A stretch of DNA of 64,000 nt from the human T2T-CHM13v2.0 reference genome, Homo sapiens: assembly GCF_009914755.1 (NCBI RefSeq), contig NC_060925.1. One strand, given 5' to 3'. The translations under genes were made by a program, and so were the position numbers. The notes under the pieces are model-generated. The model was not told the DNA's origin. It ran no database searches and saw nothing but the letters and a program-made list of their open reading frames with translations. Numbering within the stretch: position 1 is the first letter of the stretch; the number at the start of each line of letters is the position of its first letter. Below are positions 1 through 16,827 of this stretch, piece after piece.

Positions 1-56
1 TTTCCATCAATTGACAAATTCTGGTCAAAAGGAGCAACTGAAAATGCATGCATGAT
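1..56 (-). CDS. USP48: USP48 exon 24, 5' part (runs off the window): IMHAFSVAPFDQNLSIDG (UBL domain)
   Basis: CAG acceptor at 59-57; in frame with exon 23. Confidence 0.93.
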   Translation of the reverse strand, partial: MMHAFSVAPFDQNLSIDG

Positions 57-467
57 CTGTGCCAATATAAAAGAGAGAAAGTCCGTATAATGCAAAATAC
101 TAAGACTTATACCCTATTTAAATAAATTATGCATGGATTCTTAAAAAAAAAAAAAAGGCTTCAGAGTACAAAACCACTATTGCTTACAGTCAGCCTACTT
201 GTTATACTCCTACTGAGGCTATCGTCCCTATATATCCGGGAACATCCTTAAGAGGTCTGGTAGAGTATTAGGAAACAATTACACATATAGATGCGTTTGT
301 TCCTTACCTTACCAGCTTCCCAAGGATGGAGGTGTGGGGAAATAAAATGAATAAAAAGTGGGGCTGGGCTGATGGCTATTCTGAGGCTTGGGCAAGGTCA
401 TCACTGTCACCTCATCTTTCCCAGGCCCCATATCCTTTCATCAACAAGTCAAGTCCAAATTCTTTCT

Positions 468-785
468 TTTTTCTTTCTCTTTTTTTTTTGTTGTTGTTGA
501 GACAGGGTCTCACTCTGTCACCCAGGCTGGAGTGCAGTGGCGCGATCATGGCTCATTGCAGCCTTGAACTCCCAGGCTCAAGGGATCCTCCCACCTAAGG
601 CTTCTGAGTGGCTGAGACTACAGATGTGTGCTACCATGTCTGGCGGATTTTTTATTTTTTATTTTTGTAGACATGAGGTCTTGCTATGTTGCCCAGGCTG
701 GTCTCGAACTCTTAGACTCAAGCAATCCTCCCAGCTTAGCCTCCCGAAGTGCAGAGATTACAGGCATGAGCCACTGCATCTGGCC
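468..785 (-). mobile_element. Alu (old, AluJ-like)
   Basis: Poly-T followed by gagacagggtctcactctgtcacccaggctggagtgcagtgg...; boundaries approximate. Confidence 0.9.
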
Positions 786-989
786 CAAAATTCTTTCTTA
801 AAACCATCTTTAAATTCTCTCTTTTGTTCTTATTCCTTTAGCAAATGGCCTGGGGTATGTAATTCAGCCTTTGGAACTGTCACATATTCTTAGACTGAGT
901 TTTGTCTCTAGGAAGCAAAATATGAATTTCTGAAGGGTAGGGACCATATGCCCCACCCCAGTTCTGGCCAAGTGTTAAAAATTAAATAC

Positions 990-1600
<611 letters not shown>

Positions 1601-4246
1601 CATACATACATTCCAAAATACTGGTATACATAATATTTAAATGTTTTTACAAATTCAGAAAGGTTTGTTTTTTAAATTTTATCATTTCTGGGTCATGTTT
1701 ACCTCTGGAGGGCAAGAAGAAGTTGGGCTCAGACAGGCAAACACAGGTAACCTTCAATGACACTGTTTTAATTCTTAACTCGGTAGACAAGTTCAAGAAT
1801 ATTCATATTAGTATGCTTTTTAACTTACCCATAAAATGCATGCTATTACATGTATCTTATATTACACCAACACCCATGATGTCATGGGAAAACCATTCTG
1901 CCCTTTCCTGCACTCTATTCTTTGGATGTGGAAAGACAAAACGAGCCTCACAAATCAACCTTGAACTGTGTGTGTAACAGGGCCCAAGAGCTTGACAGGC
2001 CAGTGTGATGGGGACCAGAAAAGTGATTTTAATAATCGCACCAAAGACAAATAAGAACAAGGATAACAGCACTGGCCTCCTCCCTAACTGCTGGGACAGA
2101 ATCTTACCTGGATTTTTCAAAAGAACATCAGCGCCTGAAAAGCAGGCAGGGATGGACTAGCCAGAGATCTGTGGCTAGCAATGAAAAGTGCACTGGCATC
2201 ATCAATGGTCTTCATGAAGCAATAAGCAGGAGTACTGACAGGACAGTTCTATCCAAGCCAGCTCAGCATGCAAACATCAAGCAGAGGCATATCCAGCCCT
2301 ACACCAGCAAATGTTCCGGAACCATGAAGATTGAGCAGAGCTACGGTGGATGTGTGTGATGCTAACTTAACATGGATAATGTCACAGCTGCTGGACTGTA
2401 AAAATGCTTGTTCATGCCCCTAAATGCTAAGTGTTTTTGTACTACCCTATGAAACTGGACAAACAGCAAATACCTCTAGACACAAGTGCCACAACTAAGG
2501 GGCTGACGTTCACACATTATATTCTGAGAACGGACAAGGGCACTGAGATGCTGTCAACAACTAATGAAGCATTTAATAAGAAGCTACCGTGTGTCAAGTA
2601 CTGTTTTAGGTGTTGATAATATAAAAGTGAATAATCCCGCCCTAGAGGGGTTTCCAGGAGTGAGGTCAAAACAAAGTTGTGAGGATGGTAGCAGAAGGTA
2701 TGTGCAGGATCTAGCGAGCACAGGGGGACAGTCAGTTCCATGAAAGGGGCCAAGACAGGTTTCACAGAAGGGTCAATATGAAAGATGAACACACGCTTCT
2801 AGAGAGAAGATGGAACAGGCCAACCAAGGCAGGGAGGCCTACGGTAAAATAATCCTTAAACTCTAAGTGCTAGGAGAATGCTTCAGTATAAAGAACACGA
2901 TAGAGGTCTGCTTAACAAGTAGATGTGGCATTCCTGGTCTATGGAACTTAACAGGAACCATGAAAACCCTGTTGCTATCAGGGAGTGGCTCTCCTCTGCT
3001 TGCGATGCTGTGTGGGGCTGAAAAAAGAAAATATAGAAGCGATCGCCTCAGCTGCCAGCCATTTCACTTCTGTGCCAAAATATTCTACTTTCTCAGGCAG
3101 GCAATACCACCCACCCACTAAAGATCTATCTTTGGGAAAATGAAATAATACAACTAAACACTGCACATCTTTTGAGAAAGGAAATGAACAAATTGTACTT
3201 CATTAACCTCATGGGATCAAAGGTGGATGAATTACTGATTAGACACAGCAAGCTTTGTAATGTTTCAAGCAAACCTTACAAACTCTGATGCTATCCACAC
3301 TGCCAGGCAAATAGGCTCACATCTAGTTGAAGCTTCACAAGCTCCCACCACTATGTAGTGAGGGGAAAGACCTTCTACTGCCTTTTCTTTGACTCTGTTT
3401 GGCCCGCAGTGGTCCCTGAAGCAAGAGTGGGAGATGAGACAGACATTCAGGAAGAGCACCTCTGGGGGCTGTGTGAACAGCTGCCATCTTCTAGCAGCTC
3501 ATTCGGGCAGGTACATGCTCTCAGATGGAAGGGTTATTTCTGCTGACTTCTGGTTTATTCTTCAAAAATTGTAGTCCATAATAAAAGCAGCACAGGCTTT
3601 TAAAAATGTCTTTATGCACAGGGGCTCTTTCTGTAATTTAAAGGTTTTGAATGTTCGAGGTTTCCCAATGACAGGCAGAAAGCCAGTGATAGAAACAAGG
3701 TTTCTTAGATGTAAAAGGTACAATAACAGAGTAAAGATATTATGCCAACACACTTATTTTCAGAGCCATGGGTTCAACCAAGGGAAATACCGTTGTCAGG
3801 ACAATCTGGAATACATAACACCCTCAAAGGAAGGCCTGTACTTTTGCCTCAATTACAATGATAAATATCAGCAACAAGAAAAATGTGTAACCAGTAAACT
3901 ATGCCACATAAAAGTAGCAAAGGAGGAAATTTGGTCAACTTTTTGGATATCTATCAGTGACTGAAACAGATTAGGGGCCAGAATTTTTTATGGACATCTT
4001 GAATTTATCAGTTCCTTCTGCCTAGGGTTTGAGATTTACCACTGGAATGCTTATTTATAGTACTTCAGTATTGATACCAAGAAATAACAGTATCATGAAA
4101 CCATTTCATAATGCCTGCACTACAGCCGTGGAACTGATTTGTAAAGCAATGCATGCTTTGAGGGGGATGGAGAGGACATATCTAAAATAAATCTATATAA
4201 CAATTTGGAAAACATCAAGGTAAAGATAATTTTAAAACTCTATCAA

Positions 4247-4527
4247 GGCCGGGCGCGGTGGCTCACGCCTGTAATCTCAGCACTTTGGGAGGCTGAGGCG
4301 GGTGGAAAACGAGGTAAGGAGTTCAAGACCAGCCTGGCCAAGATGGTGAAACCCTGTCTCTACTAAAAATACAAAAATTAGCTGGGTGTGGTGGCACGCA
4401 CCTGTAATCCCAGCTACTCAGGAGGCTGAGGCAGAGAACTGCTTGAACCCGGTAGGCGGAGGTTGCAGTGAGCCAAGATGGCACCACTGCACTCCAGCCT
4501 GAGTGACAGAGTGAGGCTCTGTCTCAC

Positions 4528-4566
<39 letters not shown>
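4247..4566 (+). mobile_element. Alu with a 38-nt pure poly(A) tail (4529-4566)
   Basis: ggccgggcgcggtggctcacgcc start; uninterrupted A run. Confidence 0.93.
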
Positions 4567-4568
<2 letters not shown>

Positions 4569-5023
4569 CCTCTATCTATCAAATAGATTTATCTGCCACC
4601 AAAAATACTGTGACAGCCTAGTGAATAAGCAATCACTAATCGCTAATAATAAGCTGCCTTTTATCTCCCATTAAATTTCACAGCAGTTCCTGGTAACAGC
4701 CTCCAATACCTATTAAGTGGTCAAAGAAAAGCATACAGCACAATAAAGTGAGAGAACAGTTATCCTGGCACAACCTCGACATGTGACAAATTAAGTGGTT
4801 CCCAGCGTTTCTCATTATTGGAAAGCTATTGCAGAACCAGCCCAAGTTTCCAGAACCCAAAATTCACTTTCATCTTCACAAAAAGATTTTTGGCTATTTT
4901 GAAAACTTTAAGTCTTCTGGAAAAAAACACAGATACATACATATATGTAAATACAGGTGGAAAGCAGGAATTCATAAAGGCCCTTTTAAGTCCAGAGCAA
5001 ACTTGAACAAATGTTTCCCTCAC

Positions 5024-5179
5024 CTGAATTTTCAATTCTTTTAACGTCTGATTAGCAGAAACGAGAAGTGCTTTCTCACCACGAACTTTTCTATGTCGCA
5101 TACTTCGGCGAATAACTTGCTTTTGATAGGCTATATAATTTTGATGGGATATCTTTTGCCGCTTTGTTCCACCATTGCT
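5024..5179 (-). CDS. USP48: USP48 exon 23 (156 nt): [52 protein letters not shown]
   Basis: Overlaps ORF 4826..5101; TAG acceptor; CAG|GTGAGG donor. Confidence 0.96.
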
Positions 5180-5439
5180 CTATAATGAAGATTGGAAATG
5201 AAGAAAGCACTGAAATTAACCACAATGTGACCCTTGCTCATGAAGTTTTTCAGGTAAACAAAAGCTGTTTCCTTATTGGTCCCTTAACTATTTGAAATTC
5301 AATGTAAACAATGAGTAGAAACTAACAAGACTTTCTTAGCAGGCTCACATAAAATTGATAAAAGAAAATAATGAGTAATACACACCTCTAAGTGCATGTA
5401 AGCAGTTTAAATGTTTGTTACAAGAGACATTTAAGGTTT

Positions 5440-9858
<4,419 letters not shown>

Positions 9859-9912
9859 TAGACCACAGAGATGTCCCCGCCACAGAGATGGGGACATGAA
9901 AACAGAGTTGAC

Positions 9913-10037
9913 AACAGGGTAAAGGGCGGCAGCAAAGTCATGTCTGCAAACGCTTGTGGAGACATATTAGTAGAGTCAACTAATATGTCTCCACAAGCGT
10001 TTGCAGACATGACTTTGCTGCCCTTCTTTACCCTGTT
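9913..10037. repeat. Long unique-sequence inverted repeat: perfect 44-bp arms (9928-9971 / 9979-10022), 7-nt spacer, extendable to 59 bp with 3 mismatches
   Basis: Base-by-base pairing checked; it also explains the near-identical peptides of ORFs 9871..10083(+) and 9672..10055(-). Confidence 0.98.
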
Positions 10038-10749
10038 CCTTATGCCAAGGAGCACAAGATGTATATATGCACACAGAGTTTAATAAGGGCATCACTTACT
10101 ATAGAAAAATATCCCCTTTAAACTGAAAACCTGCATTCTCATCAAGTGTACAGATTTGGTTAGCACTGAAGCAAAGGGCCCTCCAGTGTTGACTGACTGA
10201 AATACAGACTGGGAAGGACAACTTAAAGAGTGGCTGATCACTGTCACAAACTGCATGATTTTGCTTCTTCACAGGTGTTTTGAGGTTATTTTATGAGCGC
10301 CAATAAGCCACGGAAAACAAATGCTGACATCCCTTTACACCGGTTGGGAAACCACAAGTAACATTTATTTTGGGCACACCAAGATTCAAATCAAGACGGC
10401 TTTTCAGACTCTCTCAATCAATGTTAAAAATGAAGTAACAGTATCAACATGCAGACAGGCCAACAAGCCCAGATACCTCTGCCCTGTCACAGATATTGCA
10501 GATGGCTATTGTAACACTTTCATTCTTTCAGGGAGAACACCATCCACAATTTCACTACACTATTTTAGTAGTAAAGAAAGAAAACAAACATCTCATCTGT
10601 TAAAAATAAAACTTTGAGTAGAAAATCCATGAGTTTAAAGTACAAAATATCCTCCAATGTGGGGGTCTGACTTTTTGAGAAGCTGAAACTTATCTCCACC
10701 TACATCAACCATATTCCCACGATTTCCTGTTCTCAAAAGACAATTTATG

Positions 10750-11350
<601 letters not shown>

Positions 11351-11455
11351 AACCAATATCCCATACAGGGTACAGAGACATGGCCAGGGGCTTCGAGTGG
11401 CTGCTCTATAAGAACAGCAGAAAGTATAACAATGAAAAGCAGCTTCAACACATAC

Positions 11456-11560
11456 TTGATTAAAATCTGGATCTTTTTCTCCATCTGGTTTAGCTTCTTC
11501 CTTGTCCTCCTCTGTTTCAGAACTACTCACATTCAGTTCCGGAGCCGAATCCTTCATCAC
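11456..11560 (-). CDS. USP48: USP48 exon 22 (105 nt): [35 protein letters not shown] (acidic linker)
   Basis: ORF 11237..11581; CAG acceptor; CAA|GTATGT donor. Confidence 0.96.
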
Positions 11561-12519
11561 CTGAATGTGCCAGGACAACAAAGAGAAGTAGGTCAGACCC
11601 TAGGAAGGCAGGCTATGGAGGATGTGGGGGCTGGGACCGGCAACCTTTATCAAGACGAGGAACACCTTTATCATGGTGGGATTATAGACTGGAGAGTGGA
11701 TCAAGAATCAAGCCTTCACGGTTTTCTATGCTCTTTTAACATGTTAGTTTTTTACCCTATGACTTATTCTTGTAGTATTTAATGTGCTCACCATACATTT
11801 AAGAGGTCTCTGCAGAGCAGTTATTATTATCAGTCTTGTACAATGATGTTATTTTGCAGAAGTTCGAAGGTGCTTGACACCTTCCCGAGCACACTGATTG
11901 CCAAGCCTTTTCAAGTTCTCAAACTATTCAAGTGGCAGGAGTTACATGCTCTTTAAGAATTGAGAAAACGAAAGATGGAAGAAGCGCTCTCTTGCAAACA
12001 CTATGAAATACTCTTATTAAACTGAATAATGAAACTACATCTAAATTGGATAATATTTTATACCAGAGAACAAAAGATTTAAGAAAATTTTACAGGGAGA
12101 AACAGAGACATTTATACTCATTAACTTCATTTTCTCGGCAAATTAGGAAATGAAGGCCTTAGTTTATTTAGCTTGTAAAGCAGAACCCTTGGCCTCCAGG
12201 GCATAATTATAAGTTACCCTTCTAAAAAATGTGTTTGGAAACAAGCATCAAATAAAATGTATTCCATTTTGTCTTTAATCCCAGAAAGCATGGAATTAAA
12301 TAAATTAATAAGATATCTAGAGATATGGGTCAGGATCTACCCAAGAGCCATCCCTAATATAATAAAAATGCTTGGAAATCCAATCCAAGCAAGTATTAAC
12401 ACCTCCACTTCCCAAACATATCCAATCAATTTCACCTATCCTTGCAGGTCAATGGAAGAGGCTCTAACTGACCTCTCTTATTTCTGTTATGCCCTCACAG
12501 CAATTCCAAACACTATAGC

Positions 12520-13280
12520 CAGGGTGATTTTTTTTAAACTATAAATCAGATCATATCATGACCTTGCTTGAAACTCTCCAGGGGCTTATATCTACACTGG
12601 GAATAAACCCAAATCCTTGGTATGATGTATAAAACCTGATAGTGTATGGTCGTTCATTCCATATCATGATCCCTTCTTGGAATAAATTTCATTCTAGACC
12701 AGCAATAGCCACTAGGGTAGCCATTAGCCACATGTAGCTATTTAATTTTAAATCAACTAAAACTAAATTCCTCAGTCACGCTAGCCACATCGAATGCTCC
12801 ACAGCCACACATGGCCAGTGACTACTGCAGTGCGCAGCACAGATACAGAACCTAGAACCTGTCTATCACCACAGGAAGCTCTATTGGACAGCACTGTTCT
12901 AGGTGCAATGGTTTTCACTCTGTTGCATAAGCACATTAGGCTTATCCTTTTGACCTTTGTTTCCTTTGTCTGGAAAACACTTCCCAGGCTGCATCCCTGA
13001 CAGTGAGGGCTTGGGTAAAAACAACTTCTCCAAGACGCCTCTCCTGTCTACTCCCTGTCTCACACTAACCTCCACTTGACCCTGCTAAAGTTCCTTCAAA
13101 ACAATCATTTCTGTGTGAAATCATATGAATTTATACTTTATTCCTGATCTTCCTCACTAGGTGCCTATAATTTTGAGAGAAGGTATTATACCTGCCTTCT
13201 TTATCACTGTATCCCCAGCACCTGGACCATTCCTGGAACACAGCTGACATTCAGTAAATATCTATGCATCAATTAATAAC
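12520..13280 (+). mobile_element. L2 3' fragment interrupted by a hAT-Charlie MITE (MER3/MER33-like, ~12700-12900)
   Basis: L2-type end (tcactgtatccccagcacctgg...cagtaaatat); MER3/33-type motifs tagccacatgtagcta, cctcagtcacgctagccacat, ctattggacagcactg. Confidence 0.6.
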
Positions 13281-13469
13281 AAACTAAATTCTCATATAAT
13301 CACATAACTGTTCATTTTCAATTATTGTCCAATTTCAATTCTGATGCCAAACAGCTCTGAAGGAACAAAAATGCAGTCCTAGGCAGACCCTCAGTGCAAA
13401 TACAACAGCAAATCAAGCCAAAGAGCACGCTTGATCATTACTAGTCATTGCCACAAGAGGGACCAGTAC

Positions 13470-13576
13470 CTTTTTATTATCCACAACTTTATGGACATAG
13501 ATGGTGGCTTGAGTGTATTCACGCAGGTCCCTCTGCTGCTGACACAATAAGCCTTCTCTGCATTCTGGACAGAGTT
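13470..13576 (-). CDS. USP48: USP48 exon 21 (107 nt): [36 protein letters not shown]
   Basis: Long pyrimidine tract then an atypical AAG acceptor (13579-13577); AAG|GTACTG donor; frame continuity. Confidence 0.93.
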
Positions 13577-13699
13577 CTTTGGGGGAAAAAAAAAAAGGGA
13601 AAACAGAAGTGGCTGAGGAATCATTGTTAAAGAATCAAAGATCTAAAAACATATGTCAAAGTTACTAGTGAATATTCATTAAACTCTTAGTAACATTTT

Positions 13700-13980
13700 C
13701 TTTTTTTGAGACAAGGTTTTGCTGTGTCACCCAGGCTGGGGTACAGTGGTATGAACATAGCTCACTGTAGCCTCAAGCTTCTGGGCTCAAGCCATGCTCC
13801 TGACTCAGCCTCTCAGCGAGTAGCTCAAGACTACAGATATGTGCTACATTTTTATTATTTTGTAGAGAGAAGGTCTTGTTATGTTGCTCAGGCTGGTCTG
13901 AAACTCCTGGCCTTAAGCAATCCTTCCACCCTAGTCTCTCAAAGTATTAGGATTATAGGTATGAGCTAGTGTGCTGGCCC
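13700..13980 (-). mobile_element. Diverged AluJ
   Basis: Degenerate Alu consensus on the minus strand. Confidence 0.85.
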
Positions 13981-14219
13981 AAACTCTTAATAATATTTTC
14001 TATTAACCACTATATTCTATTACATGCAAATGATAAGGAAATCCATTTACTGTCCATAAATAAACGTACAAATAATGGGATGATTATAATGAGAGTTTCC
14101 ACCTAGGGAGTTGGGACCGCCGCATGATCTTTAACTTTAAGCAGACAACACTGACACACCCTTTCTTCTTAAAATGTCAGCTCTTAACTATAGAAACCGA
14201 AAGCAATATGAAAACTTAC

Positions 14220-14350
14220 TGGGCTCAGAAATATACTGTGTTTCTGAAGGGTTTACATCTCCCACTTCAATTCTCGTGATTTTAATTACATGATCCACAA
14301 CAAAGAGCTTTTGTATCATTTGCCACTCACTGGGCCATATGAGAGCTATA
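14220..14350 (-). CDS. USP48: USP48 exon 20 (131 nt): [43 protein letters not shown]
   Basis: ORF 14188..14409; CAG acceptor after a T-run; CCA|GTAAGT donor. Confidence 0.96.
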
Positions 14351-14899
14351 CTGTGCAAAAAAAAAACACAACATGCCTTAAGACACATGGAAATTAAGAG
14401 AATTAACATAATCCATTAGTCTGCTAAACCAAAACCATTAACACTAACATTTAATCCAAAGGAATTAGAGAGAAAAGATACGTATCATCAACAAAGAATA
14501 GTTTTTCATACAAAGGAATGTTACCACAGCAGCGAAACTAAATGGACTGAAATTACATGAATCAACATGGTTAGATCTCAAAAACATAATTGAGTAAAAT
14601 AAGTTAGTTGCAGAAGTATAAATACAGTATGGTGCCATTTATATAAAAAGTTTTAAATATGCAAGACATTATGTGCGTGCATTTTTTTTTTTTACAGAAT
14701 ACTTTCTGAGACAGATAAACTCTAAATTCAGTACAGTGGTTAGTGTGAGAGGAAGGGTGGGAGAAAGAGAAGTAGCAACAGAAGGATAAGCACTGTGGGG
14801 CCTTTAATCATATTTGAACCATTTAACTTTTAAACTGAATGGTAACACACATTTGCTTACTGGTGTATTTTCCTGGAAGTCTGACATTTGCAATAACAA

Positions 14900-15010
14900 C
14901 GACAGGAAGAAAGGGAGGGAGGAAAGAGAAGAGAGATGCACAGCGAGAGTGAGAGAGCAACAGGGAAGGCGGGATGCAGAGAGGGAGGGAGAGAAAGAGG
15001 AGGGAGAAAA
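14900..15010 (+). repeat. GA-rich low-complexity purine tract
   Basis: aggaagaaagggagggaggaaagagaagagag...gagggagggagagaaagaggagggagaaaa. Confidence 0.8.
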
Positions 15011-15684
15011 TGTAGAGAATATATAAACTTTGAACTCCCTTAAATGATGTTAAAGTACTGAAATATGAATAATAAAACTCTAGCTTAACCCCAAGGGCAT
15101 TTTTATTTATGTGTTCCAATTTCCTTTTCCTGATTTTCTGACAATGTTGGAAGCATTCTACCTTCTCGTATATCACGATTTTTGGTAAAATCGGGAGAAA
15201 TTCACAGATGAACACCTCTGGAAGTACTTGAAGCATGGAATAAAATTTGGGTTCTAAGACCCTAGAATTCCAGATGACCAGTGCAGTGGCTTTGCTCTGC
15301 CACCCTGCTAGCCTCCTCCTTTAATTGTCTGAAGCCTGGCCATGGCAGAACAAAACCTATAACCAAGACCATGTTGATTCTGTGATTCTGGAAAAGAGGT
15401 CTCAGCACTGGTCACCAGCAGCGGGGGAAGAGAAAGGGTGGCTGTGTTGTCTTCAAGAGGGACAAGGAAAGAGCAAAAAGACAAATAGCCTCGGGCAGCC
15501 TCTTGTCTTTCCTGGAGAAGCAGTCTTCTTCTCTTTTAAAAGGGGAAAAAAAAACCCCACAATTCAGCAAAGGACTAAATTCTTAAAACAGACTATGTCA
15601 GATGAGAAATTTCCTAAACATATTTTATTAATCATCAAAAAGAGAAAAGAAGAAAAAAAAATCACATGAAGAGAAGGAACTCAC

Positions 15685-15795
15685 AGTTTAGAATCTTCTT
15701 TGGTCATGGAAGCAAATGTAAACATGAGGCCCCCGTGGGGACACAAAAGAGCACTGTTCCCAACTGATGACACAGGGCTGCATCTTGTAGGCTTT
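15685..15795 (-). CDS. USP48: USP48 exon 19 (111 nt): [36 protein letters not shown](L)
   Basis: TAG acceptor; CT|GTGAGT donor. Confidence 0.94.
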
Positions 15796-16084
15796 CTACT
15801 CAAATGAGACAAGGAGGAGAAATATACCTAATTACTGCATGACGAAAGAGAAGATTTTAAAATAATTATTTCAAAATCAGAGATATATTTAAGAAAATAT
15901 TAGTAATTCAATGTGTTTCTTAGGCTTATTCATTTAATTTAATAGAAAAGAAAGCTTTCAGTGTATGCTGGTGAAAGTAACCATGAAGGAAGGGTACAAC
16001 AAACAGAATCCACGATATCTTAAAAAATACCAGAGTCAACCAAATCAGTAACAATAAAGGAAATAAAACATATTTTGTTTCTAC

Positions 16085-16146
16085 CTAACAAATTTCCGCC
16101 ACTCTTCTACAAAGAACTGAGACACGATGTAGAGGACATCCGTATC
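16085..16146 (-). CDS. USP48: USP48 exon 18 (62 nt): DTDVLYIVSQFFVEEWRKFV(R)
   Basis: CTAG acceptor; TAG|GTAGAA donor. Confidence 0.94.
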
Positions 16147-16425
16147 CTAGAACACAAAAATCACAAAACAGTATCCGTCAATTCACCGCCTGCTTAACAC
16201 AAATTCCTTATAATATACTTTGGTTGTCCTTATTCAAGTTTTATAAATAAAATGAAAACACAGTCCTCTACCAAAAAATAGCAGGCTGGAGTAAATCCCC
16301 TGGTTAGATAACTAAACAAATGAGAATATGAGAAGTTCTGGGTTGTTCTGAAATAGCTCACTGGGAATTTGGCAAGGGCTTTAAAAAGAAAAGATGCATT
16401 CTTTCTTTTGTGGGAATCATTATAC

Positions 16426-16548
16426 CTCTGGCCAGTTACTGAGACACGGTCTGTTTTTATCCTGGAACAAATTTGGGAGAGAAGTCTTTTGCTCGTTTGC
16501 AATCATCTTATGTAAGGCTTCATTTTCTTCCCCTTCTCTTTCTAAAAT
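16426..16548 (-). CDS. USP48: USP48 exon 17 (123 nt): [41 protein letters not shown]
   Basis: CTCTTTCAG acceptor; GAG|GTATAA donor. Confidence 0.95.
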
Positions 16549-16702
16549 CTGAAAGAGAATGAAGCAATCAACTGTCTCCTGCTGACAGCACATGACCTGC
16601 CTCCTCCCTACACCCCCGTCAGAAGTACAGTGTTAATTCCCCTGGGAAGTCAACCCAGGGAGGTGGCATGCCATTTCCCCAGATGTCAGTAGCGTTCAGT
16701 AC

Positions 16703-16827
16703 CTTGCACTGTGAACAGCACTCTTTGTAACTTGGAAACTCAGGAGCCTTTGGAAAGTACTGCTGCAGTTTGCTCCAAGCCTCTTTAGAAACAAGCCTTC
16801 TTTCATTTTCAGATATGCATAACTCAC
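16703..16827 (-). CDS. USP48: USP48 exon 16 (125 nt): [42 protein letters not shown]
   Basis: CAG acceptor; AAG|GTACTG donor. Confidence 0.95.

Noticed and set aside
301-360. Tandem donors CTG|GTAAG|GTAAGG below a pyrimidine tract on the minus strand
   Set aside because: The only nearby acceptor is a poor GAAG leaving 3-8 nt; no credible exon
11841-11900. C/D-box snoRNA-like layout (ATGATGT...CTGA, short terminal stem, internal gaaggtg/caccttc stem)
   Set aside because: On the strand opposite the host gene, with an imperfect C box and no recognisable guide; an Rfam search would be needed
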